Shown: piece after piece, positions 9,795-19,776 of the stretch
How positions within the stretch are numbered: the first letter of the stretch is position 1
How the letters are laid out: each line of letters starts with the position of its first letter
Origin: an uncultured Ignavibacteriaceae bacterium
GTDB lineage: Bacteria > Bacteroidota > Ignavibacteria > UBA10030
DNA length: 59,216 bases
Direction of reading: 5' to 3'
NCBI GenBank assembly: GCA_964645575.1
Contig: CAZYAM010000003.1
Coordinates: 9,064 to 68,279 of the forward strand
Made by a program: the position numbers and the translations under genes
Notes under the pieces: model-generated
Told to the model about the DNA's origin: nothing
What the model saw: only the letters and a program-made list of their open reading frames with translations
Databases searched by the model: none

Positions 9795-11432
9795 ATGCCT
9801 ACACATGACGAACGCATACTCAGTCTTCAGTCTACCGTCTTATTCCATCAATTATCGCGCGATGAAGTACTGCAAGTAGTCAATAAATTCCGCGAGGAAA
9901 AGCATTCGGCAGGTGCGATACTCTTTGATGCGGATACATCCGGCGATAAAGTGTTTCTTATTGAAGAAGGGAAGATACGTGTTTCCCGCGTAACGACTTT
10001 TGGCGAGGAAACGACACTTGATATTCTGGAGCGCGGGGAAGTTGTCGGCGAACTTGTATCGCTTGACGGCCGTACGCGTTCTGCGCGTGCTACATGCATC
10101 GAGGATTCGGTTCTTCTCTCGATGACGAAAAATGAATTTGAAGAATTACTTCTTGCGAGTCACAAAGTGGCGTTTAATCTTCTCCGCGAGCTGAGTGCGC
10201 GGATTCGCAAGGCAGACGATAATATCGTCCAAAGGCTCGAAGAACAGCGTCAGACCAATGAGATACGATTCAATAAGCTTCATCAACTCATTGAGGCGAG
10301 TAAAATTATTAATTCTACACTTGATTTGGATAAATTGCTCGGATTAATTCTCGACGCGTCAACAAAGAGCACTAATGCCGATCGTGGTACGTTGTACCTT
10401 GCAGATAACATGAAAAAAGAATTGTGGTCGAAAGTCCTACAAGGCACAGATATGGTAGAAATCCGGCTGCCTATTGGCAAAGGCCTGGCAGGATATGTTG
10501 CGGAGACAGGCGAGACGATTAACATTCCCGATACATATGCCGACCCTCGTTTTAATCCCGATATTGATAAACGCAGCGGTTATCATACTTATAATATGCT
10601 GTGCATGCCGTTAAAGAACAAAGACGGTAAAATTATCGGCGTGTTTCAGCTTTTAAATAAAAAGCAAGGCTCTTTTGACAGCGAGGACATTTCATTTATT
10701 GATGCTTTTTCTGCGCATGCGTCTGTTGCAATCGAAAATGCACGAATGGCGCAGGAGATGGTTCAGAATGAACGTTTGTCTGCTGTCGGACGAATGGCCA
10801 GTGTTATTATCCATGACATAAAAAACCCGATGGGAACGCTGCGGGTATACGCCCAGGTGATGAAAAAGAAATCGGGCAACGAAGAAGCGAGCAAGCTTGC
10901 AGATGATATGATCCATCAGGTGGACCGCTTTGTGAATATGACACAGGAAATCTTAGATTTCACACGCGGCGTGAGTGCCACCAATTTTAAAGAGTTCGAA
11001 TTCTTTGATGTGATGAACAGTGTATTGAATTTCATTGAGAAAGATTTAGAGAAGAATAAAATTACATTAGTAAAAAATACAAAGTTCAAAGGTACCGTAC
11101 GGCTTGATCAGGATAAAATGGTTCGTGTTTTTTATAATATTGCCAGTAACGCACGCGATGCAATGTCCGAAGGCGGTTCGCTGACAGTGACAACAGCCGA
11201 GCATGACGGATACGTGCGTATCGATTTTACGGATACGGGTTCCGGCATGCCGGATGAAGTAAAGAACCATATCTTTGAGCCGTTTATGTCTTATGGCAAA
11301 AAACACGGTACCGGACTTGGTATGGCAATTGTCAAAAAGGTTATTGATGACCACAATGGAAAGATAGAAATCGAAAGTGCTGTAGATAAGGGTACAATAA
11401 TCTCCATCTATCTTCCAATAATAAAAAAATAA
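9795..11432 (+). CDS. Soluble sensor histidine kinase: cNMP-binding + GAF + HisKA + HATPase
   Basis: GELVSLDGRTRSARA (cNMP pocket), GAF with GLAGYVAETGE, H-box IIHDIKNP, DTGSGM and GTGLGM; no transmembrane segments. Confidence 0.9.
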   Translation: MPTHDERILSLQSTVLFHQLSRDEVLQVVNKFREEKHSAGAILFDADTSGDKVFLIEEGKIRVSRVTTFGEETTLDILERGEVVGELVSLDGRTRSARATCIEDSVLLSMTKNEFEELLLASHKVAFNLLRELSARIRKADDNIVQRLEEQRQTNEIRFNKLHQLIEASKIINSTLDLDKLLGLILDASTKSTNADRGTLYLADNMKKELWSKVLQGTDMVEIRLPIGKGLAGYVAETGETINIPDTYADPRFNPDIDKRSGYHTYNMLCMPLKNKDGKIIGVFQLLNKKQGSFDSEDISFIDAFSAHASVAIENARMAQEMVQNERLSAVGRMASVIIHDIKNPMGTLRVYAQVMKKKSGNEEASKLADDMIHQVDRFVNMTQEILDFTRGVSATNFKEFEFFDVMNSVLNFIEKDLEKNKITLVKNTKFKGTVRLDQDKMVRVFYNIASNARDAMSEGGSLTVTTAEHDGYVRIDFTDTGSGMPDEVKNHIFEPFMSYGKKHGTGLGMAIVKKVIDDHNGKIEIESAVDKGTIISIYLPIIKK

Positions 11433-11561
11433 ATTAAGCAGGTACCGCTGAAGAAAACGACTCTTACGTTTTGATTGCCGTTTCTTTGTCCCTCCTCTAA
11501 CAAGTATAAAAACCTCTGAATTTTACCGGACTATAGTATGCAGGAATGCTGTGAATTGTAC

Positions 11562-11599
11562 AAAAAGAAAGCCTTCCTTAAGTGTCATAAAAGGAAGGC
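11562..11599 (-). terminator. Intrinsic terminator between convergent genes
   Basis: GCCTTCCTT / AAGGAAGGC 9-bp stem with a U-rich tail on the minus strand. Confidence 0.6.
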
Positions 11600-11622
11600 A
11601 TTGTCTATGATTTAATTGCAGA

Positions 11623-12369
11623 TTATCGGGCGATACCGAGGAGAATCGAAAATATAATCCAAACGATCCACAATGCAAAAGCAACTCCAATGCCTGCACT
11701 TGTCCTCTTTTCTGAAAAAATACTCAAGCCGATGCCAACGACGGCAGTCTGCCATATAGAAAAAATGTTTATAGATGCTAGAAGCATATGGAATTTATCT
11801 GTTGGATCAAAGCTGCCCAGAAGTGCGAGTGAACCGCTGGGAGTTGCCGCCATAGAACCGAGTCCAATCATCATTAGAATGGTTACGATACCGCCAAGTA
11901 CTCCTATCCAGGAAGCGATACCGTACAGCTCAAGATGCTTGCCGTAACCGACAGTCGAGTTAAGAACGGTCTTATTTGCCAGCCATAGAAAGAGTGCACC
12001 GCCGAAATAAAAAGCGGCCAGAAAAATAATTCCGCTGATGATGCCGATGGCAATCATCATACCGCCCATCGATTCAGCCTGAGTTTCTGCTTTCTCGGCT
12101 TGTTCTTCGGTAAGCTTCCCGTCATCGACCATTTTCTGAATTGCTTTGCTTTGAATATCTTTCATTTCTGATTTCAGCGTTTCATTTGTAAAAAGTATAG
12201 TTACTGTTACTATACTGATTAGAATTGTGGCAATGAATGGTACTACCCATAATATGGGTGAAGGAGCTGTGTTCTTGAGACTCTGAAAAACTTCTGAGGG
12301 TGTAGCAAATACGTCGCTTATTGCATTCCCTAATGATGGGGCAGAAGGTAATGATTGTTGATCATCCAT
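11623..12369 (-). CDS. Yip1 family membrane protein
   Basis: DVFATPSEVFQSL start, multiple TM helices, FSIWQTAVVGIGL. Confidence 0.8.
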   Translation of the reverse strand: MDDQQSLPSAPSLGNAISDVFATPSEVFQSLKNTAPSPILWVVPFIATILISIVTVTILFTNETLKSEMKDIQSKAIQKMVDDGKLTEEQAEKAETQAESMGGMMIAIGIISGIIFLAAFYFGGALFLWLANKTVLNSTVGYGKHLELYGIASWIGVLGGIVTILMMIGLGSMAATPSGSLALLGSFDPTDKFHMLLASINIFSIWQTAVVGIGLSIFSEKRTSAGIGVAFALWIVWIIFSILLGIAR

Positions 12370-12528
12370 AGGAACTCCTGGCTAGTATTGTAAAATGAAT
12401 TAAGTGGATTGATAGAATTATACAAAATATTTTAGATAAAGAAAACCTTATTAAATTTTCCTTTAAATCCGGTGGATCAGTTCTGGATATAATCTGCTTT
12501 TAGTAAAATTGTGATACTTTTTGTGTTT

Positions 12529-13464
12529 TTAATGATCCCGGTGGATGTCTACAATGGTTTCCTGCTCGTTGCAGATTTTACTTTCCAGCTGCAATGTCGG
12601 ATGATTGATCTTAAAATGTTTTTGCAGCTCTTTCTCGATCTTTTTCGTGATGACACATCCCTGACTGATCAGCCGGTCTTTTACTACAAGGTGAGCACTC
12701 AAAGCCCGGAATTGAGAAGAAAGACTCCATATATGAAGATGGTGCACATTCTCGATTTCAGGGAACGAGAGGATAAAATCCGCGACAGCATGCAGGTCGA
12801 TTCCTTTAGGTGTCCCTTCCGTCAGTATATTGACTGTCTCAACCAGAATACTCCAGGCGCTTTTAATCACAAAAATACCTATTGCCACAGAAATGATCGG
12901 ATCCAGGATATACCAGCTATACAAGTAAATTAATATGCCCGTTACGACAACGGCGAGCGATTCAATTGCATCCGTTAAGAGGTGCAGGTATGCGCTTTTT
13001 GCATTCAGATCATGGCGTGCATCTTTCCGGAGCAGGAGAGTGGAAATTGTATTTGCAATAAAACCGATAACGGCTACTGCGATCATCCAGATTCCGGCAA
13101 CAGGTTCGGGATTGAGAAAACGGCTGATACCTTCATAGGTAATGTATGCACCGATGAGAACGAGAGTCAGGGCATTAACAAATGCCACAAAAATTTCGAT
13201 ACGTACATAACCGTATGACTTTTGAGAATTGGATTTCCATAAAATTACCTTAGATGCTATATAACTCAGTATGAGCGTAAAAAAATCGCTCAGATTGTGC
13301 ATTGCATCGGATATGAGCGCAAGGCTGTTGGTAAGCAAACCGCCGATAAATTCGAATACAAAAATAACCACATTCAAAATTATTGCAATTAAAAGCCGCT
13401 TGCCGGTGCCCGATGTTTCAGTATGCATTTCACTCATGTTCTTAACAATATCAGTGATTTTCAA
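12529..13464 (-). CDS. czcD: Cation diffusion facilitator (CzcD-like Zn/Co/Cd exporter)
   Basis: SLALISDAMHNLSD, SYGYVRIE, AYLHLLTDA, HHLHIWSL and HPTLQLE motifs. Confidence 0.9.
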   Translation of the reverse strand: MKITDIVKNMSEMHTETSGTGKRLLIAIILNVVIFVFEFIGGLLTNSLALISDAMHNLSDFFTLILSYIASKVILWKSNSQKSYGYVRIEIFVAFVNALTLVLIGAYITYEGISRFLNPEPVAGIWMIAVAVIGFIANTISTLLLRKDARHDLNAKSAYLHLLTDAIESLAVVVTGILIYLYSWYILDPIISVAIGIFVIKSAWSILVETVNILTEGTPKGIDLHAVADFILSFPEIENVHHLHIWSLSSQFRALSAHLVVKDRLISQGCVITKKIEKELQKHFKINHPTLQLESKICNEQETIVDIHRDH

Positions 13465-13623
13465 TAATCAAAGTTTTTGAAAAAGGATGGACTTGGAGTC
13501 CGTATATATGCAATATATAATATTAAATGTTTTAATAAGGAACGAATATTTAACAGATTGTATAGAGTGCAATAAAAAATAGTCCGGATTGGTTTTCATA
13601 TTATTTCGTGAGTACAAGTTTCT

Positions 13624-15207
13624 TCACCGATGATTGATATAGTGTTTGCATTCGATAAAAATAAGTCCCGCTTGCTGTAGCTGACCTGATGCATTTATTC
13701 CGTCCCATTTGGCTGTATGCGTACCTGGAGATTTCGTTTCGTTAACCAATGTGACGACTTCACGGCCGAGAAGATCAAATATCTTTAACTCAATATAACT
13801 TATCACTGATAACTTATAACTTATTACTGTTGTCGGATTAAACGGGTTTGGATAATTCTGTTCTAATATGAAACCTGATGGAATGGGTGGGCTGTTCGGA
13901 ACATTTCCCTGTGAGGTGTATTCGAATGCTCCAAGGTCGATTTTTCCATCCGACGTGCGCGCAGAACATGTACCGGGCGAAAGCAACATACGTTGAGGCG
14001 GTAAGAAAGCCGGAGGGAAGAGAGGCGAAGGAAACGGATAGCCGGGCGGCGGCTCAAGTAATGAAGTACCTGCATTTACCAGTGGGCCGCCTTCTTTCGG
14101 CGAGAGGTTATCGTTCCCAACATCGAAAAAAACAGAATCCGATCCTCTGACCGTACCTGTCCATTGAGACGGAATATTTGTCAATTCGTCCTGTACATAA
14201 TTGTTTGTACCGGATATTTGTTCTTCGTTTTTCCAATCGGCTTCCACAGTTCGGATAACCGGTGCTGATCCTCCGCCGAGGCGGACAATGATATTATTAT
14301 GCATTTCCACAGATTCTAAGCTGTCGAACATACGAAATACTGCGCCGTCCCCCATAAGAATCGTATTGTTCACAAAGCGGTATCGGCCGCTGGATTCACC
14401 TGTTGCATCTCCACCGATTCGTGTAACGGAAAACGTATTTCTCTTCCACAGGACATTCCCGACAACATCCGAATCTTCACGTTTTAATTCGGCCGGCACG
14501 CCTCCGTCCGGATCAGGGCCGATCAGTTCAAGCTCATGATAGCAAGCCCCTTCGATCCAGTTATAATAAATCTCATTACGCTCTGACCGTGTTTTCACAT
14601 TATTGCCGCCGACGCCGTCGTGTATCCAGCAGAATTGCATGCGAAAAACGCTTCCCGGATGTGCTATTTCATCGGTTGCCATATATATTTGATGCGCACA
14701 CTGGCCTTCTCCTGACGAATAGATTCCTGAATATTCCAATAATAAGGAACCCGATCCGTTATCTGCTCCCATAATACCATTATTACAGTGGTGGATAATA
14801 AGATCGCGCAGGATAAGATCATCTGATTGATGGTATACGCCTCGAAATGCCGCATTTCGTACTTCAAATCCTTCAAAAGTATAATGATCTGCTCCGTCGA
14901 TGAAAGCTATACTATTTATACCCCCATCGATAATCGGGTGGTTGTTATTGATACGAACTCCCTTGATAACAATCCGTTGTCCCGCGGATCCGGGCTGTGA
15001 AAAATTTATCCCTCCTGCATAGACAGCATCCCCGTCAACAAATACTGTGTCGCCGGGAGAGAGGAGATTGCGAACTTGTGCCAAGCTTGTATAGGGGCGA
15101 GTCGGGTCTACAAAATAGTTTGCCGCCAATAAGATGGATGGAAAAACCATAAATGGGATAAAATACAGTCTGGCTGCGTAGTTCATGAGGCATTTTCGGA
15201 GTGCCAT
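13624..15207 (-). CDS. Secreted right-handed beta-helix protein with T9SS C-terminal domain, frameshifted in the last strands
   Basis: Signal peptide, parallel beta-helix repeats, DLGAFE, QNYPNPFNPTT. The canonical CTD end ASGTYFYRMQ...VKKLVLTK* continues in another frame to 13601. Confidence 0.8.
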   Translation of the reverse strand: MALRKCLMNYAARLYFIPFMVFPSILLAANYFVDPTRPYTSLAQVRNLLSPGDTVFVDGDAVYAGGINFSQPGSAGQRIVIKGVRINNNHPIIDGGINSIAFIDGADHYTFEGFEVRNAAFRGVYHQSDDLILRDLIIHHCNNGIMGADNGSGSLLLEYSGIYSSGEGQCAHQIYMATDEIAHPGSVFRMQFCWIHDGVGGNNVKTRSERNEIYYNWIEGACYHELELIGPDPDGGVPAELKREDSDVVGNVLWKRNTFSVTRIGGDATGESSGRYRFVNNTILMGDGAVFRMFDSLESVEMHNNIIVRLGGGSAPVIRTVEADWKNEEQISGTNNYVQDELTNIPSQWTGTVRGSDSVFFDVGNDNLSPKEGGPLVNAGTSLLEPPPGYPFPSPLFPPAFLPPQRMLLSPGTCSARTSDGKIDLGAFEYTSQGNVPNSPPIPSGFILEQNYPNPFNPTTVISYKLSVISYIELKIFDLLGREVVTLVNETKSPGTHTAKWDGINASGQLQQAGLIFIECKHYINHR

Positions 15208-15380
15208 AATCTGTTATTCTTTCTCTGTCATATAAATATTAGTAATATCAGTATCGATAGTCAACTATACCTGACGAACTACCGCTGTTGTTTCATTTTC
15301 AATTGATACCGAAAGTATATTTCTTGGATCAGTGTAAAAAGTATTGCGCCTCAGTGCATTTATAATATCTTACAGGACAT

Positions 15381-17138
15381 ATGCACGTTCTGAATTTCAT
15401 ACAAGATCTCGCGGTTGTTATGCTGACTGCCGGAATTGTGACGGTGATTTTCCACCGTTTTCATCAACCGGTAGTGCTGGGATATATTGTTGCGGGAATC
15501 ATCATCGGGCCGTTTACGCCTCCGTTCAGTTTGATTTATGACGAACAGACGATAAAAACACTTGCCGAACTTGGCATAGTATTTCTCATGTTCTCGCTCG
15601 GCCTGGAATTCAGCGTAAAAAAGCTTGCCCGTGTGGGAATCAGCGCGCTCATTGCCGCACTTTCCGAAATAACCCTGATGATCTGGATCGGATATGAAAT
15701 CGGGCAGTTTTTTGGATGGTCTACGATGGATTGTATTTTTCTCGGTGCCCTGCTGGCGATGTCTTCCACAACAATTATTATCAAGGCGCTTGATGAACTC
15801 AAATTGAAACAAGAACCGTTTGCCCATTTTGTATTCGGTATCCTCATCTTAGAGGATATTCTCGGAATAGGAATTATCGCACTCTTATCTGCCCTTGCAA
15901 CAAGCGGTTCAGTCTCCACCGGGACGGTTTTTGCGACACTCGGGAAACTTTCCCTCTTTATGACTATCGCACTGATCCTCGGCGTATTAATTGTGCCGAG
16001 GCTTCTTTCTTATGTTTCAAAATTTAAAAGCAAAGAGATGCTCCTGATCACTGTACTTGGCATATCGTTCGGATTTTGTCTTTTAGTAATCCGGCTCGAT
16101 TACAGCATAGCACTCGGTGCATTTCTGATCGGTGCAGTCATGGCAGAATCCCGCCAGCTGCTCACGATTGAAAAATTAATCGAGCCGTTAAAAGATATGT
16201 TCAGTGCGATATTCTTTGTTACAATCGGTTTACTCCTTGATCCGGGCGTATTGATCACCTATGCGCTCCCGGTTGCAGTGATCACGCTCGCTGTTCTTAT
16301 CGGTAAGGTTGCCGCATGCAGCATCGGCACATTTCTCGGCGGCCGTGATGAGGTTGTGTCACTGCGTGTCGGTATGAGTCTTGCACAGATCGGTGAGTTT
16401 TCTTTCATTATTGCATCGCTTGGCGTGACATTGAATGTGACCAGTAATTTTTTCTATCCGATTATTGTTGCCGTTTCATTGATTACAACATTTTTAACTC
16501 CCTACTTAATCAGATCGGCAGATCCGCTGAGTAATAAATTAAACAAATTACTCTCTTTAAGGATTCGACGGATGCTGAAGGGATATACGGTATGGCTGAA
16601 AAATATTTGGCCGAAAGGAGATCCGGCAAAACTGGTGAAGATTATCCGTCGGATCCTTCTTCAAATACTTATTAATATTGCTCTTGTAGTCGCGATCTTT
16701 CTTACGGGCGCTTATGTTGGAAATCAGATAGGAACACTTGTTCCAGCTCTTGTCTTCGAGGAAGCCATGAAAAATACCGTTGTCTGGGGCAGTGCGTTGT
16801 TCATCTCCATTCCGTTTCTCATTGCTGCATACCGTAAGATTCAGGGTCTCAGCATGATCTTTGTAGAATTAGCGACGAAATCGAGCGTACTTGAATCACG
16901 GAATTTTCAGAGGATCCGGAGAGTGATTTCAGAAGTAATTCCAATTACCTTTATTATCGGAGTGATTTATCTGATTTTGATCCTCAGCTCGGACATCGTT
17001 CCGCCGGATCACATGCTGATTGGAATTATTATCAGCGCATGCATGCTTACTGTTTTACTCTGGAGGTATTTTGTTAAATTGCATTCCGTTCTTCAGATTG
17101 CATTATTAGATACATTCGACGAGAAAGAACGGGAATAA
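15381..17138 (+). CDS. Cation:proton antiporter, CPA2 (Kef/YbaL-like) family
   Basis: QPVVLGYIVAGIIIGP, LFSLGLEFS, SSTTII, FFVTIG and QIGEFSFIIA motifs. Confidence 0.9.
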   Translation: MHVLNFIQDLAVVMLTAGIVTVIFHRFHQPVVLGYIVAGIIIGPFTPPFSLIYDEQTIKTLAELGIVFLMFSLGLEFSVKKLARVGISALIAALSEITLMIWIGYEIGQFFGWSTMDCIFLGALLAMSSTTIIIKALDELKLKQEPFAHFVFGILILEDILGIGIIALLSALATSGSVSTGTVFATLGKLSLFMTIALILGVLIVPRLLSYVSKFKSKEMLLITVLGISFGFCLLVIRLDYSIALGAFLIGAVMAESRQLLTIEKLIEPLKDMFSAIFFVTIGLLLDPGVLITYALPVAVITLAVLIGKVAACSIGTFLGGRDEVVSLRVGMSLAQIGEFSFIIASLGVTLNVTSNFFYPIIVAVSLITTFLTPYLIRSADPLSNKLNKLLSLRIRRMLKGYTVWLKNIWPKGDPAKLVKIIRRILLQILINIALVVAIFLTGAYVGNQIGTLVPALVFEEAMKNTVVWGSALFISIPFLIAAYRKIQGLSMIFVELATKSSVLESRNFQRIRRVISEVIPITFIIGVIYLILILSSDIVPPDHMLIGIIISACMLTVLLWRYFVKLHSVLQIALLDTFDEKERE

Positions 17139-17291
17139 TAGTATTCATACCATAGTATCCTTTTTATTGCTTTCAAATATTCTCACCTTATGCAATAACT
17201 CCCGGGGTTTTCTAAAAGGAATAGGATGATCCCCGGTATTCCAGTTCCCTAAACAGTTCTGATTATAAGTCGATGCTGCACATTGTTTCTT

Positions 17292-17501
17292 TTAAGTATC
17301 TTTCTTTTTAATCGTCGAAAGCTTCAGCGGCAGATATAACGGGCAGAACCCAATTGCGCTTGTCAACAAGAAGACGACTGCGAAGATGCCAAAAATGATG
17401 GCTGTTGTGCCGGTGATTTGATCTGTGAAGTACAGAACAGCAATTACTGTAGCAACAAGAACTCGAACAAATTTATCAATGGAACCAATATTTTTTTTCA
17501 T
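17292..17501 (-). CDS. DUF2892 (YgaP-like) small membrane protein
   Basis: MKKNIGSIDKFVR...GFCPLYLPLKLST signature. Confidence 0.9.
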   Translation of the reverse strand: MKKNIGSIDKFVRVLVATVIAVLYFTDQITGTTAIIFGIFAVVFLLTSAIGFCPLYLPLKLSTIKKKDT

Positions 17502-17540
17502 ACCAAAGCTCCTTTTAGTAAGTGAATGATTTATACATAG

Positions 17541-17565
17541 GATGCAAAAAGACTGGGAAGGGTTC
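17541..17565 (-). promoter_or_regulatory. ECF-sigma-like promoter GAACC-N16-CATC (for DUF2892)
   Basis: Same motif and spacing recur before the thioredoxin and peroxiredoxin genes. Confidence 0.55.
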
Positions 17566-17597
17566 GATATCTTGTAAATATTCTATTAAAAAATGAT

Positions 17598-17622
17598 GAA
17601 CCGTTTTCTTTTCCTCGTCATC
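17598..17622 (+). promoter_or_regulatory. ECF-sigma-like promoter GAACC-N16-CATC (for thioredoxin)
   Basis: GAACC gttttcttttcctcgt CATC, 47 nt before the thioredoxin start. Confidence 0.55.
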
Positions 17623-17669
17623 TTATCTATATCAAAGATAATGTAACAAATTAACAAAGGAGAGCAACC

Positions 17670-18077
17670 ATAGCAGAATATCTCAACAAAGAATCCTTCC
17701 GTGATAAAATCTTTAATTTTGAAAAGAACAAAGAGGGGAAGTATGAGGGAGATTTTCCAGCACTAGTCGATTTTTGGGCTCCATGGTGCGGGCCATGCCA
17801 AATGGTCGAACCTGTGATCGATGAGCTTTCTCAGGAATACGAAAGAAAAATAGATTTTTATAAAGTGAATATAGAAAAAGAGCAAGAGCTTGCAGGTATG
17901 TTTGATATTCAAAGCATCCTCTCGCTGCTGTTTATTCCGGTTAATGGAGAACCAAAGACGGCATTAGGTGCCTTACCAAAAAAGGAACTGGAAAGAATTA
18001 TTGACACCGACTTGATGCCATCCATAAGTGCTGACAGCAAATTACTGCGGCAGCAGATGGAACTGTTGCAGCATTAA
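17670..18077 (+). pseudogene. trxA: Thioredoxin with ATA in place of the start codon (pseudogene or non-canonical start)
   Basis: AGGAG 7 nt before ATA at 17670; frame reads (I)AEYLNKESFRDKIFNFEKNKEGKYEGDFPALVDFWAPWCGPC and is continuous with ORF 17802-18077. Confidence 0.8.
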
Positions 18078-18106
18078 GCGCACTTGAGTATATCCGTACC
18101 ATATAA
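18035..18106 (+). pseudogene. trxB: C-terminal remnant of thioredoxin reductase
   Basis: Frame reads QQITAAADGTVAALSALEYIRTI*, resembling the TrxB C-terminal helix; the rest of the gene is absent. Confidence 0.6.
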
Positions 18107-18160
18107 ACAGTGCATTACGAATAAGCGGCGCTTCCATTTACCATTAAAGAGTTATATCTT

Positions 18161-18790
18161 ATGAATGTGAAAAATAAGAATCATTGGTACGATGGATATT
18201 TTTATGATCTGTTGATTGCCCCTAATCAGGACAGCGCATTTGCCCATGTAAGGAACTTGATTGCTCCCGGATCGACTCTCTTGGATGTCGGCTGCGGAAC
18301 CGGAAGGCTGGCCTTGCAGTTGATTGACAAATGTTCTAGAATCGAAGGTATCGATCCCAGTGTCAGAAATATCAATATCGCACAACGCAAGCTTGCGGAG
18401 AAACCGACCGATAAAATACGGTTCCATCATGTCGACGCACTTGAATTTCTGACGAAGAAGAATGTCTGTCTCGACTATGCAACAATTTCCTATGTGATTC
18501 ATGAAATCGAGGAGCAAGAAAGAAACCAACTGCTGCAGAAGCTTGCCTTGGTTGCCCGCACTATCATCATAGTGGACTACTTAGTACCTCAGCCAAGGAA
18601 TTACTGGAGAATACTCAACGAGGCAGTTGAATTCGCTGCGGGTTCAAGCCACTATAGGAATTTCAAATCCTTTGTCGCTGGGAACGGTCTGGCCGGATTG
18701 CTTGAGCGAACCGGACTTATGGTTTTGAGCGAATTGAAAAACGATCCTCCATCGAGTCACATCGTGCTGACAACTCGAAAAGCAGGATAA
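18161..18790 (+). CDS. Class I SAM-dependent methyltransferase
   Basis: LLDVGCGTG motif I, GIDPS, SYVIHE. Confidence 0.88.
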   Translation: MNVKNKNHWYDGYFYDLLIAPNQDSAFAHVRNLIAPGSTLLDVGCGTGRLALQLIDKCSRIEGIDPSVRNINIAQRKLAEKPTDKIRFHHVDALEFLTKKNVCLDYATISYVIHEIEEQERNQLLQKLALVARTIIIVDYLVPQPRNYWRILNEAVEFAAGSSHYRNFKSFVAGNGLAGLLERTGLMVLSELKNDPPSSHIVLTTRKAG

Positions 18791-18856
18791 ACGAAAAGTA
18801 CCATTAGAAGAATAGTCGTTTGCGCTGGGTTTAGTGATATATTTCCAAGAACAATC

Positions 18857-19699
18857 TTAGATACCAAAGGCATAAAGCAGCAGCCCGACTCCCAATCCGA
18901 AGACAAGATTAAACATTTTGATAAGGAATGAATCTTTCACCGAGTAAGACAGCATCGGCAGCATGCTATGCCCGTCCTGGACAAAGGAACTTGTGAAAAG
19001 GACGGAAAACGGGATCAATCCATTTGCGAACATACTGACAAAAAGAAGATGGGGACCGGACTCAGGGATTAAACCGATTACAGCTCCAAGCAGAAGAAGA
19101 ACAAAAGTGTACTGCGAACTAATCGTATCGAGATGCCAATAGTGCATTCCGAATTCTACAATGATCAAGGCACCGAACGTCCACAGAGCAGTTTTCCATA
19201 AATGCTGTCGAATTATATGTTTCCATATATGCTCTCGTATGTAATGCCGGAAGCTTCTTTCTTCATGGTGATATAGAGTCTCGGGGCAATCCTGACAGGT
19301 TTGTATATTCGCTTTCTTTACGAATTTGTCCACGAGCCATCCTGTTATTATCCCGCTGACAAACAGTAAAGCGAAAAGTATCAAAGCAGTTTGTGGAAAC
19401 ATCGCAAGCATAATGAATGCTTCATCACCTGACGTTGCCGCCATCGAACCGACGAGCGCGCCAAAGCTGATCATGCCATGAATGTACAATGAAACATTCG
19501 TAAAACCACCGATGCATCCCGGAACGGTTCCAATGGCAGAACTCACTATGTATTGCCGCCATTGATGTCCCTGCTTGAGAAGGAGAGCAATTTTGCCGCG
19601 TGTCCAAACGTTGAGTACATCTACTACAACCATCATCAGTAATACTAAAAGAGTTACCTGTAATGTCTCTCCCAGGACTTTCATCAGTAGTGGCTGCAT
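18857..19699 (-). CDS. Putative manganese/heavy-metal transporter (DUF2899/ArsP_2-like)
   Basis: GTVPGCIG, SGDEAFIML, LIPESGPH and VQDGHSMLP motifs; multi-TM. Confidence 0.8.
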   Translation of the reverse strand: MQPLLMKVLGETLQVTLLVLLMMVVVDVLNVWTRGKIALLLKQGHQWRQYIVSSAIGTVPGCIGGFTNVSLYIHGMISFGALVGSMAATSGDEAFIMLAMFPQTALILFALLFVSGIITGWLVDKFVKKANIQTCQDCPETLYHHEERSFRHYIREHIWKHIIRQHLWKTALWTFGALIIVEFGMHYWHLDTISSQYTFVLLLLGAVIGLIPESGPHLLFVSMFANGLIPFSVLFTSSFVQDGHSMLPMLSYSVKDSFLIKMFNLVFGLGVGLLLYAFGI

Positions 19700-19725
19700 A
19701 GTTTTTTACCTTTGCGTATATAATA

Positions 19726-19763
19726 GAACCATCCCCCTAATTTAAATTTTGAGAGGATGGTTC
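19726..19763 (-). terminator. Hairpin downstream of the peroxiredoxin gene (possible terminator)
   Basis: GAACCATCC / GGATGGTTC inverted repeat; weak U tract. Confidence 0.45.
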
Positions 19764-19776
19764 ATTTTTAGATAAC

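Noticed and set aside
13791-13830. Heptamer repeats (ataactt/atcactg) in the T9SS domain as a CRISPR array or VNTR
   Set aside because: They are short degenerate coding repeats giving VISYKLSVISY, with no spacers or cas genes.
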